A stretch of DNA of 64,000 nt, taken from Lepidodermella squamata (taxonomy: Eukaryota > Animalia > Gastrotricha). The stretch covers positions 496,001-560,000 of the forward strand of contig JBLDXI010000014.1 in assembly GCA_047495785.1 (NCBI GenBank), given 5' to 3'. The notes beneath the pieces were generated by a model. That model ran no database searches and was not told the origin of the DNA. It was given only the letters and a program-made list of their open reading frames with translations. Position 1 is the stretch's first letter. Each line of letters opens with the position of its first letter. The position numbers and the translations under genes are program-made. Shown here in pieces: positions 1-15,854 of the stretch.

Positions 1-1257
1 CGAAATGCCCATGGTTGGTTGTGGAACGTGGCAAGAAAGTGACGAGGTCGTTGAGCGATCGGTAACAACTGCTATCAAGAACGGATACCGCCTAATCGAC
101 ACTGCTCGTGATTACGAAAATGAAGGCGCAATCGGAAAAACTCTTGAGAAGCTCTTCCGAGATGGCACGGTCAAGCGAGAAGATCTCTTCATTACAACAA
201 AGCTGTGAGTTCGGTCAATCTACCTTTACTTTTAACAATTTTTTATATTTAAAAGGCATCCATCAAACATGGCCGAAGATGAAGTGGTACCTTCTTTGAA
301 GGCTCAGCTGGCGAAGTGAGGGACTAATTATTATCAAGTTTTTATAAAATTCTTAATTGTTTTTTAGTTTGAAACTGGATTATGTCGATTTGTTTCTGAT
401 TCACTGGCCCATGACTTTCATTAATGATGGCAAGCGGCTTCAGGTTTGAACTTTATTGTATGAGAATGCGCTCTGAAAAATATTTTCCAGCCAATCGATC
501 CAAAAAGTGGTCGCTATCAATACGACTACACGCGGCACTACACCAAGACTTGGAGGGTAAACATTTTGCAAACTCTTGCCACTAATTTTTGCATTCACTT
601 TGTATATCTTTGAAGGGAATGGAAGCTTGTGTTCGCATGGGCATGGCACGTTCTATTGGGCTTTCCAACTTCAACGTTCGTCAAATCGAGGATGTTCTGT
701 TGCGGGCTACGATTCGTCCGGCCGTTCTCCAAATCGAATCGCATCCACTGCTCAACAACCACGAGTTGATCGAATGGTGCCAAGATCGCAACATTGCTAT
801 TACCGCTTACTCTCCGTTTGGCAACCCCGGTTCCCAGTTGGCTCCAAAGTATGTTTCTTTTGAAAACTTCGTCTTTATTGAAATTTGAATTCTCCATTGC
901 AGAGATTGTGATAAGGAATGGCCCAATTTGATTCAAGACCCTGGACTGAAAGCGATCGCCTCGAAGTACCCGAATCACACTACGGCCAATATCATGCTGC
1001 GCTGGCAATTGCAACGCGGTGTTTCTGTCATTCCGAAAAGCGCCCACGAAGATCGCGTCAAGAGCAACTTCAACGTCTACGATTTCGAACTGACGCGCAG
1101 TGAAATGGACGCGCTCTACGCTATGGACCAGAATCTAAGAACGTGTCCTTTCACTTTTGCTGGAAATTCTTCTAGCCGCGACTATCCGTTCGACGAATAC
1201 CGCGATAGCGATCCTTGGAAGGAAAAATCCGCCGAAAATCGCCAGACTGCTCGTTGA
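1..1257 (+). CDS. Aldo-keto reductase (AKR1-like) paralogue 1; 5' end probably outside the window; 5 introns visible
   Basis: Spliced motifs [52 protein letters not shown]; catalytic tetrad D/Y/K/H present; stop at 1255-1257. Confidence 0.93.
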
Positions 1258-1525
1258 AACTAACATCGATATTACCGAATCGATTCCAAATGACTAAAAA
1301 TTAATCCTCATCTTTTCCCATGTCTAATCACAGCATGAGTTTCTGCTGATAAATTTTCTGCAACTTGACTTTGATACTGGAATTGCAATAAACTATAATT
1401 CAGCTTGCAAATGAGTGTTTTGCGATATAGTTCAGATGGTCGCGTGCTTAAAAAATAGCAGCCTCCCTTTCACGCTTTCACGCTAATTCATGCGACTCAT
1501 TGAAAAGTAAAGCAAATTAATTCCC

Positions 1526-3001
1526 ATGGTACTTAACCAAGCTTTTGCTTTGCTGCGTTCCGCTAGAATTAAGGTTCAACCGAGCCGTCTTTTAAGCAAT
1601 ATGGCATTTAGTTACCATTCAGTTAATGGCCAGTTATACCTTGAACTAAATTCTGGTCACAAAATGCCTATGATCGGTCTGGGAACTTGGCAAGCAAGTC
1701 CTGATGTAGTTCGCAAAGCTGTTCGGGATGCGGTGAGCTTCCACTCATATATTTCCGGCATTTTTTAAAAGTGATGAAACAGGTTCATGCTGGCTATCGT
1801 TTGATTGATTCCGCTTACGGTTACGGTAACGAGGCTGCTATTGGCGAAGAGCTTGAAGCGTTGATCAAAGAAAACCGGGTCAAAAGAGATGAAATTTTCA
1901 TCACGACAAAGCTGTAAAATTTATTAGTTGTATGCACGATCATTATTTGTATTGTCTCAACAATTAATCTAGACATCCCAAGTTTATGCAGCGTGACGAT
2001 CCGGTGATAATGTTGAAGAAGCAACTTGCTGCGTGAGTCATACTTTGCAACCCTCGTTCTAGCGATCAGTTTGCCTATATAGGTTGAAGCTCGATTACAT
2101 TGACTTGTATCTCATCCATTGGCCAATGGCTTACAAAAATATTGGGACCGATCTATTTGTAAGAAAAATTAAATTACAAGATGATGAGCTATTATACCAA
2201 TCCGTTCACAGCCAATCGATCCGAAATCCGGGAAAGGAATTTTCGACTACGAAGCTCACTTCACGGAGACTTGGAAGGTATAATCTTTCAACATCGCGGC
2301 CGTTATTGTGATTTTTGTCGTATCGCAGGGAATGGAAGATGTCTATCGCATGGGTTTGGCTAAATCGATTGGCTTGTCCAATTTCAACGTTCGTCAAGTT
2401 GAAGATGTCCTATTGCGCGCCAACATTCGCCCGTCTGTGCTTCAAATTGAAAGCCATCCCTACCTCACGAATAGCAAACTCATACAATGGTGCCAACTTC
2501 GAAACATTGCAATCACTGCTTACTCTCCATTCGCGAATCCTGGAAATAATTACGCCCCGAAGTTCAACTTCCACGAAAACAAATTCGTTTAAAATTATAT
2601 TATATACCTAATTACAGAAACTCAACAAAATATCCGAGACCGCTCGAGGACGAACAGCTGAAGGCGATAGCTGCGAAATATCCTGGAAAATCTGTAGCTC
2701 AAGTAATTTTACGCTGGCAAATTCAGCGAGGTGTTTCGGTGATTCCAAAGAGCCTTGATGCAGCTCGCATCAAAAGCAACTTGGACATTTTCGATTTCGT
2801 GCTTTCTCATGAAGACATGGCCGCTATTGAATCTCTTAACAAAAACATCAGAATGTGTGCGTTCACCGAGTTCGGCAACAGCTGGGCAAGGTATATTCAA
2901 AGCTCCATATTCATATTTTGCTGCAATTATAATATACCAACTTCTATTGCAGGGATTATCCTTTCGACGAATATCGAGGCGTCAGCGACGTTTGGGCTTA
3001 A
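1526..3001 (+). CDS. Aldo-keto reductase paralogue 2 (7 introns; second in-frame ATG at 1601)
   Basis: [42 protein letters not shown] joined by short GT-AG introns; TAA at 2999-3001. Confidence 0.93.
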
Positions 3002-3440
3002 GTTGAAGCTGGAAAAAAGTTGCTAGGATGAAGTATTATTTGAATTAAAATATATCATTCTGGAGACACATTCCGGTTATGCTTCTTATTCATGACGTAA
3101 ATACAGTTTTTCCGTCAACAAAGTCAACATATCAGTTTATATGGATGAGGCGTGAAGCTGAGGGTGAGGTCGAAATGACTCTTTTTATGTAAAATTCTGC
3201 GGTTTAAAACCAGAAGCAAACCTAAAGTGAAGCTGAAATAGACATGCCTTATCTCAACATCCCATTACTTTCCTAGAGCGATAGCCATTCGATGCAAATT
3301 GTATCTTGCTGACTTGGCGAATGAGATAACTGCCTGATAAAAATAATTCTATAAGGAAAAGGCTAACACTTCAATACGAGTTGACCCATTTTGCGAGACT
3401 GCTATTTCTACTCCATATTTATTTTTCCGTTTACCAAGAA

Positions 3441-4936
<1,496 letters not shown>

Positions 4937-5419
4937 AATCAATCTTTTCATTTTCATGCGTTCATCCATTTCATCCAAGTGATCAAGGCTTGGTCATCTA
5001 CTGCGAGCTTGGTTTTACCTTTTATAGATTGGTGTGATATTGATTGCTTTACTACGCCTGCTGCGGCTACGGTCCATTCAAAGTGACTTTATCTCTATTA
5101 TTAGGTCAGTAGTACGATCAACTCTGAATAAAATCGATTTTCAAGCACGTCGTGTGGATTTTTGGGGTTTTTTTTATTATCAAGACAGCTCAACTTATTT
5201 TTCCATTTTACGACCTAGCTTGTGTTTATCAGCAATTCCTGCCGTTGTCCGTTTTCCGTCAGATAAACTTGGAGTTATCGCAGCTAAATTTGAACCTTGT
5301 CACCCACTCTCTACGTCGACATTTCCCTTACCAATCCGCATATTTTAATTTCGTGATAGCATCCATCTTTTCTAAAGGAAGCTTTAATTTAGGAATTTCA
5401 GTTTAAAGATTTTACAAAA

Positions 5420-6778
5420 ATGGCTACTGGTTATTACTTTCCAACAAGTACCGTCAATGGTCAGATTTATTTCAACCTTTGCAATGGTCAAAAGATGCCA
5501 GCGGTGGGGCTTGGAACTTGGCAATCCACCCCCGACGTTGTCCGCAAGGCCGTTCGAGAATCTATTAAAGCTGGATATCGTCTAATCGATACGGCGTATG
5601 CTTATCAAAACGAAGAGGCTATCGGAGATGAACTTCAAGCCCTTTTCAAAGAAGGCATTGTGAAGCGTGAAGACGTTTTTGTCACAACAAAACTGTACGT
5701 ACATAATAACGAATGCAACTCACCTAATTTCCAATTTAATTTTGAACAGAAATGTGACTTTCATGGGAAGAGACGACCCTATTATCGCTGTTAAAGAGCA
5801 CCTGGCGAAGTAAGATTGACGGCATTAACATTTAAAATGTCTAAATACGGCGTTTATTTTTTGCAGATTAAAGCTTGACTATGTCGATTTATTCCTAATT
5901 CATTGGCCATTTGCTTACAAAAGGATTGGAGATGCCGTTTACGTAATCTTACCCTTTTCCCCGATGAATATACACAGCTATTATTTCCTCTGATAGCCTA
6001 CTGATCCGAAAACAGGCAAAGGTGTGTTCGATAACACTACGCATTATACAGAGACTTGGAAAGGCATGGAGGATGTCCAACGGCATGGTTTAGCGAAATC
6101 GATCGGGTTGTCGAATTTCAATACACGACAAATCGAAGATGTGCTTTTACGAGCCAGCATTCAACCCGCCGTTTTACAAATCGAATCGCACCCTTACATG
6201 GTCAATAAAAAACTTATTCAGTACAGCCAACAACGCGGCATTGCTATTACTGCCTATTCCCCTTTTGCCAATCCGGGCAACGGTTGGGCTCCTATGTAAG
6301 GTCCTTTTAACCAATAGTTGGAAAACCTACCGTGTCCTGTTTTTTCTAGTGAGTCTGCTAAATACCCTAAGCCATTGGAGGATGCTAAATTGAAACAAAT
6401 AGCTGCGAAATATCCAGGAAAAACTATAGCTCATGTGATTCTACGTTGGCACATCCAAAGAGGTGTGGCCGTGATTCCAAAATCAGTCAGCGAAGAGCGC
6501 CTGAAAGCCAACATTAACGTATAATTCTGCTCAATTTTAAACATTTTTAGCCTTCTATCTTCTGTTTCAGGTATTCGACTTTCATTTGACCGATGAAGAT
6601 ATTGAGAGCATTGACGCCCTGGATCGCGGAATTCGCATCTCGGCTTTCGTGAATTGGGGAAACAGTTCGTCAAGGTAAAATAATAATGCTTTTTCGTTTA
6701 GCTTAGTCACAGTGATTTGTTTAATTTAGGGACTACCCTTTCGACGATTACCGTGATGTGCAGGAATTGTGGGCTTGA
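5420..6778 (+). CDS. Aldo-keto reductase paralogue 4 (6 introns)
   Basis: [42 protein letters not shown]; TGA at 6776-6778; AATAAA near 6805. Confidence 0.93.
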
Positions 6779-7231
6779 TTCATGTCTCGATCACGTGTTC
6801 AGTGAATAAATAATTCAATGAACTTATTCTATGTAGAGGAGAATGATCGGAGAGCTATATGTGAACCTAATCAAATAAATGGCGTAGCGATATCTTGGCT
6901 GCAATTTCTTCTTGAAGAAAGCAGATAAGCATCGGTGTGGTAGGGTGGCCACTAACCAAAATAGCGATAAAATTATTTGAGTTAGCCGTTTTAATGGAAA
7001 ACCATAGGAGCACATTTTCTGGAATATTTTTATCAATTGCACATTGACCGCATTTTAAAAAAAGACAAGGTTTCAAGTCCGTTTTATCAATTCCGAACCC
7101 AGCGATATTATCTCCTTCCTCCTCCTCTAATTTCCGTTCTCCCTATTTTAATAAGACTTTTTCTGCTCTCAAGGTGGAACTCTTCATACAATTGAAAGCT
7201 TTTTAGAGTTATATTCTCTGAGTTATAAATA

Positions 7232-8502
7232 ATGGCTTGCTGCAAAAATTTCACTGTCGCGCCTTTGGTCGATTGCGGTGGTCAGCTGCACGTCGAGCTG
7301 AACGATGGCAACAAAATGCCAATGGTTGGACTCGGAACTTGGCAAAGCTCTGACGAGGACGTGCGCAAATCAGTTCGCGATTGCGTGAAAGCTGGTTATC
7401 GCCTTATCGACACAGCTCTTTGGTATTCGAATGAACCTGCCATCGGAGCTGAGCTTGAAGCTCTTTTCAAGGAGGGCGTTGTCAAGCGGGAGGACCTATA
7501 CATCACGACTAAACTGTAAGATACATATCCATTTTCGAAACAACCATCGACACCAACTATCTTTTTATAGGCACCCATCTTACATGGGACGTGAAGAAGT
7601 CATTCCAATTTTGAAAAAGCAGCTGGCTGATCTTCGCCTTGACTACGTCGATTTGTTCCTAATTCACTGGCCTCACACGTACGCTCAAGATCCCAATTTA
7701 CCAGTCCTGTTTGTAAGTTATCATAGATTCTATTATTAGCATTCTAATCAAATTCATTCTCCATCTAGCCGGTTGATCCGAAGACAAAGAAAGTCAGGTT
7801 CGATTACTCCAAGCACTACAACGAGACATGGAAAGCCATGGAACATGCCAAGCTGTCAGGCCTCACCAAATCGATCGGCATTTCCAACTTCAACACGCGT
7901 CAAATCGAGGACATCCTCCTCCGCGCCACTATTCGTCCGGCGGTTCTTCAAATTGAATCACATCCTTACTTGGTTAATCGCGCTCTCATCGAATGGTGTC
8001 AATTGCGCAACATTGCCGTTACAGCTTATTCGACCTTTGCCAATCCTGGAAACCAATGGGCCCCAAGGTAAGACCAATCTTGGAACCCTCTATTTATTTC
8101 TCATAACCCGCGATGTTTCTTATTATAGCTCGTCGGATAAATACCCTCGCCCTGCTAGCGATGAGAAGCTGAAGGCAATCGCCGCGAAATACCCCGGCAA
8201 AACAATTTTCCACGTGATGCTACGTTTCCAAGTTCAGCGCGGTGTTGCTGTTATTCCGCGATCAATCACGCCTGACCGAATCAAGGCTAACCTTAACGTA
8301 AAAATAAAAGATATTTTTCACCTACAGATTTTACTAAATAATTTTGCAGATTTTCGATTTCGCGCTCTCTCGTGAAGACATGGATGCTATTTACGCGATG
8401 GACAAGGGTTTGAGAATGTGCCCCTTCCCTGAAGCTGGAAATTCATCCGGACGAGACTATCCGTTCGACGAGTACCGCGATGTAGAAGATGCCTTTGCAT
8501 AA
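7232..8502 (+). CDS. Aldo-keto reductase paralogue 5 (4 introns)
   Basis: [42 protein letters not shown]; TAA at 8500-8502. Confidence 0.93.
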
Positions 8503-9422
8503 AAACATTTCGAAACGGGGAATTCTATGACAATATCTTGATTTTTGCCTGAATGATAATACATTGTGACTACACTACTGATTCTGGCGAGACCAATTTT
8601 CAGGAACAGCAATAAAAAATTCGCTCGCGATTATCCAAACCCCTCTTTGCCAATGACGCAAGTTACCGGGTTTATTTTCAACCGTGCCATTGACGTCAAA
8701 GCTTCAGTATTGGTACCAGGGAAGAGAACGAAATTCGCGCGTCAGAAGTGAGCTTAACTTTGGTGTTATTATGATTATTATTATTACGCTTTTTCACGCG
8801 TTCCCCCGTATCAGAGTGCGCCACCATGCTTCGGCTGGTTTTAATGTAATACAAAATTATCACCAGTGATACGATGCCAACCGCACTTGAATAATTATTC
8901 TATTCTACAGCCATGGCGCCGGTCACATATTATATACGCAGTTTTTAATAGTATAGAAACGCGGCAGCAATATAATAATAAAATACAATTGCGATGATGT
9001 TTTTAACACGGCCCGTGAGCTTTGACGAATACTAGTACTGCTACTATACTACCACTGAGGCGATACAATATAACTTGATGCATTCCGAAGCGAAAAACAA
9101 CCATCAAATTACAGCCTGGTGTTGAAGTAATCTACGTATATAATCCACGCGTGTGGAGTTTGTAGGTCAGGTGAGCGTTAACATTGATGCAGCCAAAAAA
9201 CATTCGTGTACACAAAGGAGTGTGCGTTTGTCGACGGTTATGAATTGAGAAAAAATCGTGTAAGAGAACGGCGTGATGACGTAAAGGTGCACTGATGACG
9301 GTCAAACATAATGCGCAGTTGTGTATAACAGCTTATAAGGAGCTAACGATACCTTGAAAAAGTTGTTATTATAAAACACTTCGCTAAAATTTGTCGAGTG
9401 TCAATTTGGCTAACTTTTAAAC

Positions 9423-10579
9423 ATGGGCCAAGAAACCGATGTGAAAACGACCCAACCGACTAGTCAAAGGCCAAATCAAGAGATGGCCGAATCTGAACCG
9501 GTTGAAAAGCCGAACAAGTGTGCGAGTTGTTGCACGTCGTTCGGAAAATTCATCTACGACAGCGAAACTGGCGAGGTGTTAACCCGTCGCCCTCTCGATT
9601 GGCTGAAGCTAATCGTTTTTTACATCATTTTCTGGGGCTTCCTCGCAGCTTATTTTGCCGCGTTCTACGAACTTTTCTACTGCCAAATATCGCTTAAATA
9701 TCCTCGTCTTTTCGGTGATTTCGGTCTAATGAAAGATTCCGGTCGCAATGTCGCAACGCCGGGAATGGGATTTAAACCAATGCCTGACGAGGGAAATTCG
9801 CTCATTCGATTCACAGCTGGTAAGGACAACGAAACATATGCTGAATATGTGGAAGATCTTGACGATTACTTCCAAAGTGAGTTGAACTACGTGACCCAGT
9901 TATTTCGAGGTCTAAGTCGCTATATTTGCAGAATACAGTGACATCGACACCTACAGTCCATCGTTCGGCAAGCTTTGCAATCCTGAAATGGGCCAGAAGG
10001 CAACGGCGGATGACTTCTGCTTTTTCGACACCAAACAATTGGGAAAATGCGGCAAAGGTGGCCAGTATGGGTTCGATGAAGGGCAACCTTGCGTCATGAT
10101 TCGCCTCAACAGGTGAGTATTTAATGCGCGCTGTGTCAATCTTTCTTATGCCTTAATTTTCGCATTCTAGAATGATTGGCTGGGAGCCGAAACCCATTAC
10201 CTGCTCATCAGACACATCTTGCCCTCCTCTGTCTGATGATGACGTGAAATTTTTCAAAGAAACGGGTCGACCGGGTGTGCCGCTGACTAAAGTGTTCGAT
10301 GGCAAGGGCGTTGTGATTACATGCGAGGGCATTACCGCGGCTGATCGCGAAAACTTGTACAAAACTGAATTCTTCCCAGCTTCAGGCAGCATTCCAGCCT
10401 ATTACTTCCCCTACATGAACCAAGACAACTACACTTCGCCGATGGTTATGGCTAAAGTCACCGTTACGCACGGAATCCTGGTTACTATTCGTTGTCGCGC
10501 CTGGGCTCAAAACATCAAGAATTCACACGTGTTATCTCGAGAGGGAGCCGTCCATTTTGAAGTCTTTGTCGATATGTAG
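9423..10579 (+). CDS. Na+/K+-ATPase beta subunit (nervana-like), copy A, 3 exons
   Basis: FIYDSETGEVLTR..W.KLIVFYIIFWG type II TM segment, PGMGFKP, YGFDEGQPCVMIRLNRMIGWEP, YYFPYMNQDNYTSP, CRAWAQNI, GAVHFE. Confidence 0.93.
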
Positions 10580-10785
10580 AGTGGTGAAATTGTGACAAAT
10601 AAAACATGATATTTTTCTTAAAATATTAACATTTCAAGTACACAAAGTTTTATTGTTGGCTGTGTAATTTTTCGAACGAGTATGCCTTACAGGCGGAATA
10701 GGACTTCAATTTCGTAGCACCTGGAAAACACAATCAAAAACGGTGTGTATAAAAACGGGCGTAGTCAAAAATGTTAGATAAGAAA

Positions 10786-12100
10786 TTAATCGACCATCAA
10801 TTCAAAATGTACTGCCCCTTCTTTTGAGGCAACATCTGCATTGGCTATATTTTTAGCCCAGGCCTTGCACCGAACCATAATCATAACAGCCCTAGATACG
10901 TTGAATTGTGCTCCGACTAGTGGCGCCAAATAGCCGCGTTGGTTGTAGTAAGGATAGAAATAGGATGGGAAAGATCCGTGGCTCGTCGACGGTTCCCATT
11001 TTATTCCTAAAATGTTTTCCTGATCGGCTGCTCCTCGTCCTTCGCAAGTCACCGGGATGTTGTAGCCATCGAACAGCGAGTGAAGCGGGACGTTGGGCCG
11101 ACCAACTTCTCGGAACCATTGCTGGTCAGCCAACGACAGCCCGTCACATTCAACACTCGCTGTTGTTGAATTGTCGGCCGTAGTAGGTGTGCATTTGATG
11201 GTCTGCGGCCGCCAGGCGTACATTTTGTTCAGCTTCAGGATAACACACGGCACGCCGTCGTCGAAACCGAGCGCGGCTTGAGAGTCTATTTTGCCGCAGA
11301 TGCCAAGCTTAAGCTCAGGCTGGAACATGCAGCCCACTTCAGCATCAGGTAAATTGATGGGGTTACATTCTTTACGACGTATATCGTCACGTGCATTTAT
11401 AGTCTGGTAACCTACAAGAATAATAAAGCTTTAAAATTTTATAGCTGCAGGAGTTAGGAGCAACTTTTTAAAAACGATTGCATGTGATCAGTGTAAAATT
11501 TGTACGTCTCAGGCTTGTTTGCTTGGAATGTTATCAGAGTAGTCTCGTAATCAGGCAATGGCCGAAGGCCCATACCTGCGAGAGAAAAAACACACAAAAA
11601 TATTGATGTGAAAACTCAATTGCAGCTATATAATAGTGTGATATACCCGGTGAAGGAATTGAATTGCTGTAGCCGCTCATGATACTGCGCTCGTTGGCCA
11701 GCCGCGGCGATATGACCGAGACTTGAATGTAGAAAATCGATAGCATTATGGCTAACAACGCGCTAATGGTTGTGTAAAAGAAGAAGTAGAATCCGCCGAG
11801 CTGAGCCCACTGAAACCATGTCCGCCCCAGATAGCGGCGATTGTTTTTGTCCCTATCGTCGACTAAAAACAGTTTAAAACGCTGCCATTGCCGCTCGAAG
11901 CTCTCATCGCCATCCTTCCTGAAATCATCGCGACCATGAGATTTCAGCTGAGCGTTGAAAATCAAATCGTCTTGGCTCGTGAATTTTCCCTTCACCAAGC
12001 CACCGCCCTCCCCGAGAAGAGGTTCTTGCTGATCAGATCCTGTCGTCGATTGCAAGCCGCCCGTACCTGCTGACGGTGTTTTCAACCGTGATTCACTCAT
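10786..12100 (-). CDS. Na+/K+-ATPase beta subunit, copy B, 3 exons
   Basis: YLGRTWFQWAQLGGFYFFFY TM segment, PGMGLRP, GFDDGVPCVILKLNK, YFYPYYNQRGYLAP, CKAWAKNI, GAVHFELMVD. Confidence 0.93.
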
Positions 12101-14346
12101 GTAAATCTATGGAAAAACCGCAATATTTTTCTATAAAACGCAGCTGTTTGCCCTAAGGCGAGGATCTACCTCGTTGTAGTACCTATGATAAGTGAATAGT
12201 GATTTACTCTCGAGTGCAAGGGGGTTTGTAACTTGGCTCAATGCATAAATGATGTCGCTCGCAGTTGTTACATTATTTATGTTCGCTCCATATCTTGCAA
12301 TGTGTGTGTATATGGCGATAAGACTGGGCCTAGCCCACGCTCAGGAACTGCAAGATAAGTCAAGTAATAAGGTACGCGGCTAATCAGCGACAAATATGCG
12401 AGTCATGGTGCCGGCCGCATGTGCATTCCCGGGCTGAAATGTATATTACCATGAAAAAAAAGTCATACGCAATTGACGAACAATTTTTATATTTTATTTA
12501 ATCATATAGAATAACAATATAATATATAATATAATAATACGACAGATGTTTAGGCGTGTTTAGACGATATGCGTTCTACTCGACACTTTTCGAAGGTAGT
12601 TTACAGTAAATATACGATCATTTCATTCATAAACGACAAGTGCAACGAAACAAATTTTTGGAACAATTCGTTAATTTCTTCATCATTTAGTACAGTATCT
12701 ACACATCGATAATTGTTTTGTCTAATTTACACATTCAATCTTTATTAATAACTTGAACGTAATACTATCAAAGCAAAGAGATATTATGTATACGTTTATT
12801 TAATCAATTATTCATGATAGACGAATGGACGAGAAATATTTTCCCAAGCTATCTTGCAATTCAATCATTCCGTGAAAACGATTTGAGTTCGTTCATTGTG
12901 GCAGGCTATCAAGGGCTGATATACGTGGCAGCGACGAGCATAGGGTGACTACAACAAATCAATCGAATAGGGAGCTTTGTCAATTAAAGATCTGCGTACC
13001 TCACACACATTTTCCGATAATTTTTATCTCAGGAGGGTGTGAGATAACAGCGGCGTGGTGTAATTACAGCCGCCCTCTCATCCACACACATGTGAGAAGA
13101 TATAACTCGATCAGTGAACCGACATAGAGAAGTCAAACTCAGAGCTGCTGTCACAGGCGAGATGATTGGAATGAAACGCGCGGGCCCGAATATTTCGGAG
13201 ACGAATATTCATTCGACTCAATTTAGCACCACTAGCCTTTACAATCATCTCGCCATCTAAGAACTACGGGTAAAACGATTAGTTGGCGCGATGATACGGG
13301 AAATATACACACCACGTAGTCGTAACACAACCACTTTTCAATCAAAGCGAAGGTAGAGATAGAGAGAAAATATAGCAATCGAACAATTATATTTTTCTAA
13401 ATAGCATAAACTAATAATTTTTGGATTTCCTCGAGCCGGTATTTATGGAAAAACAAGAAGGACATAAGAGAAAGGGGGTGATAAGAAGCCGGAAAACGTT
13501 GCAAAATAAAAACACTAACAACAGGCGCTAGGTTTGTTTAGTTTAAGAAGTAACAAGCGGATCTCATTGGCTTCAATTTTTGTGAGTGCGTATCGTCAAT
13601 TTTTTGTACAAAACGAGCGCCTCCACGAATAAAACGCTGCGACTTCAGCGAGGGGTATCAAAGGACTAGTGCGTAAGCTAGTGACGGAGGGGACGATATA
13701 TGCAAGAAGTAACCTTTTTGTCACCAACAACAACACACATCGCGCGTCTGCACTGAACGTTGATAATCCGAACACGTAACCTTTCTTCCAAACATCTACG
13801 ACACGTCGGGCTTTTTCAACAACAATAATCGCATTAGGCTTCTCCTACCACGATGTTGCATATCAAAATCATCAAACTCACACTAAAAATGTTTACGACG
13901 GTTAAGAATTAACATGGGCAAGTAAATCGCAGATGATTTCAGAAAAAGATACACCGCGAAGCAGATATAACAGAGAGAGAGAGAGAGGAGATGCATCATT
14001 TGGCACACAGAGCTCACAAGTTAGGGTGGATTTAAGTGCGTCTTATATATAAAGTCATAGTTACTTATCATTCATTGTGCAGTAACAGCATTATTTTCGA
14101 CTAAAGAAGAACCCAGTTCTTCGTGTAATACCGCAAAATTTCTTGTTGAGCTCGGTCCAATATTTTACTAATTTATTTCAACGAGTTGGACAACACGATT
14201 GACAATGCAGCCGGCGAGAGGGAGAAATGAAAAGGAACTTCAATGAGGCACTTGCTCCGACAATCATAAACAATCAATCCTCTTTTTATGTACAATTATT
14301 AGTTATTTTATAGAAGTTGATAAACTAAGATTTATTCCCTCAGCTC

Positions 14347-15854
14347 TTAGTCAACCATCAGTTCGAAGTGAATGGCACCCTCCTTGCTAATGAAATCTTG
14401 GTTTCGGATGTTTTTCGCCCAAGCACGGCAGCGAACCATGACAAGAACGCCACGAGTCACGTTAAACTGAGCAGAAACCAGGGGTGCGAGATAACCGCGT
14501 TGATTGAGGTATGGGTAGTAATAGGACGGGAATGAACCTTGCGCTGGGAAGTTCTTCGGCTCCCAGTCGATGCTCATGATGTTCTCCTTGTCGGCGGGAT
14601 TGATTCCCTCGCAGGTGACAGGTACATGGAAACCATCGAATAGCACATTCAGATCAACATTCGGCCTGCCGACCTTACGGAACCAGGCAACCTCGTCGTC
14701 GGTTAGACCATCGCAGCCGCCTGCAGGGGCGTCGCACTTGATCGGATCGGGGACCCAGCCGAAGATCTTGTTCAGCTTGATAATGACGCAGGGGAGTCCA
14801 AGATCGTAACCAAGAGCGGCCTGTGAATCGATCTTGCCGCAAACACCCAAGTTCTGCTCCGGCAAAAACTGACAACCCTCCTCGGCATTTGGGTGGCTCT
14901 CCTTTGTGCACGTCTTACGACGAATATCGTCGCGGGCATGGACAGTCTGATAGCCTATTTAATTCATCAGCGTTATATCAGGCCTTTTTTATTTCCCAAC
15001 GCGAACTTACTTTTCAAGAAGGCCAACATGTGATCGGTGTAAATCTTGTACGTTTCGGGCTTGTTAGCCTGGAAGGTGATCAATGTTGTTTCGAAATCGG
15101 GGAGAGGTCGGATGCCGAGGCCTTGAAAATATGAGGTCGTCAAACATTGTATTCATTTTCTTTTATGATACACGAAGTTCAAATTTTAACCCGATATGGC
15201 TTTGCCCCAGGTTCAATTACATTTGCCCAATAGCTTTAACTAATGAGCTCAACTGAGATACATAATTGGAAATTGGAATGGAGCGCTACCAGGCAGTAAT
15301 ACCCGCTGACCATGGCGGCGACCAACACACGTGTGCGAGCCTCTATACACACAACGGTGAAAACCGGCCGCTCATAATACAGCGTTACTCTAATCAAATC
15401 ATTAAAAATTCAAAAAGACCACCGCGCTGAGGCCTAATTTGCAATCCTCAAAATGCTCACAGGCCCCACCTATCCTGTGCAACCGGCTAATCCACAACAG
15501 AGCAATAAAAAAATAAAAACACAATGCATATCCAATGTAAAATGAAGACAGACCTGGAGTCGCAACCGAGCGGGCGTTGTCCTTGATTAAACCATCTTCA
15601 TTGTAGTACTTGGGTACGGTAACCGAAATGTTGATGAAAAAGATAGAGAGCATCATTGCGAAAAATCCAGCGAGAACTCCGTAGAAAATGAGGTAGAAGA
15701 TGAGCAGCTTGCACCAGCCTGCACCACTCCGGCCTAGCACTTCACCGGTTTCCGAGTTGTACAGATATTGGCCAAAGCCGGCCTTCTTTCCAGACGACGG
15801 TTTCAACGGGTCGTTCTGAGCGATATCAATGTCGTCATTATGCCTCGCTGCCAT
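14347..15854 (-). CDS. Na+/K+-ATPase beta subunit, copy C, 3 exons (first intron about 430 nt)
   Basis: YLYNSETGEVLGRSGAGWCKLLIFYLIFYG, PGLGIRP, PCVIIKLNKIFGWVP, YYYPYLNQRGYLAP, CRAWAKNI, GAIHFELMVD. Confidence 0.93.
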
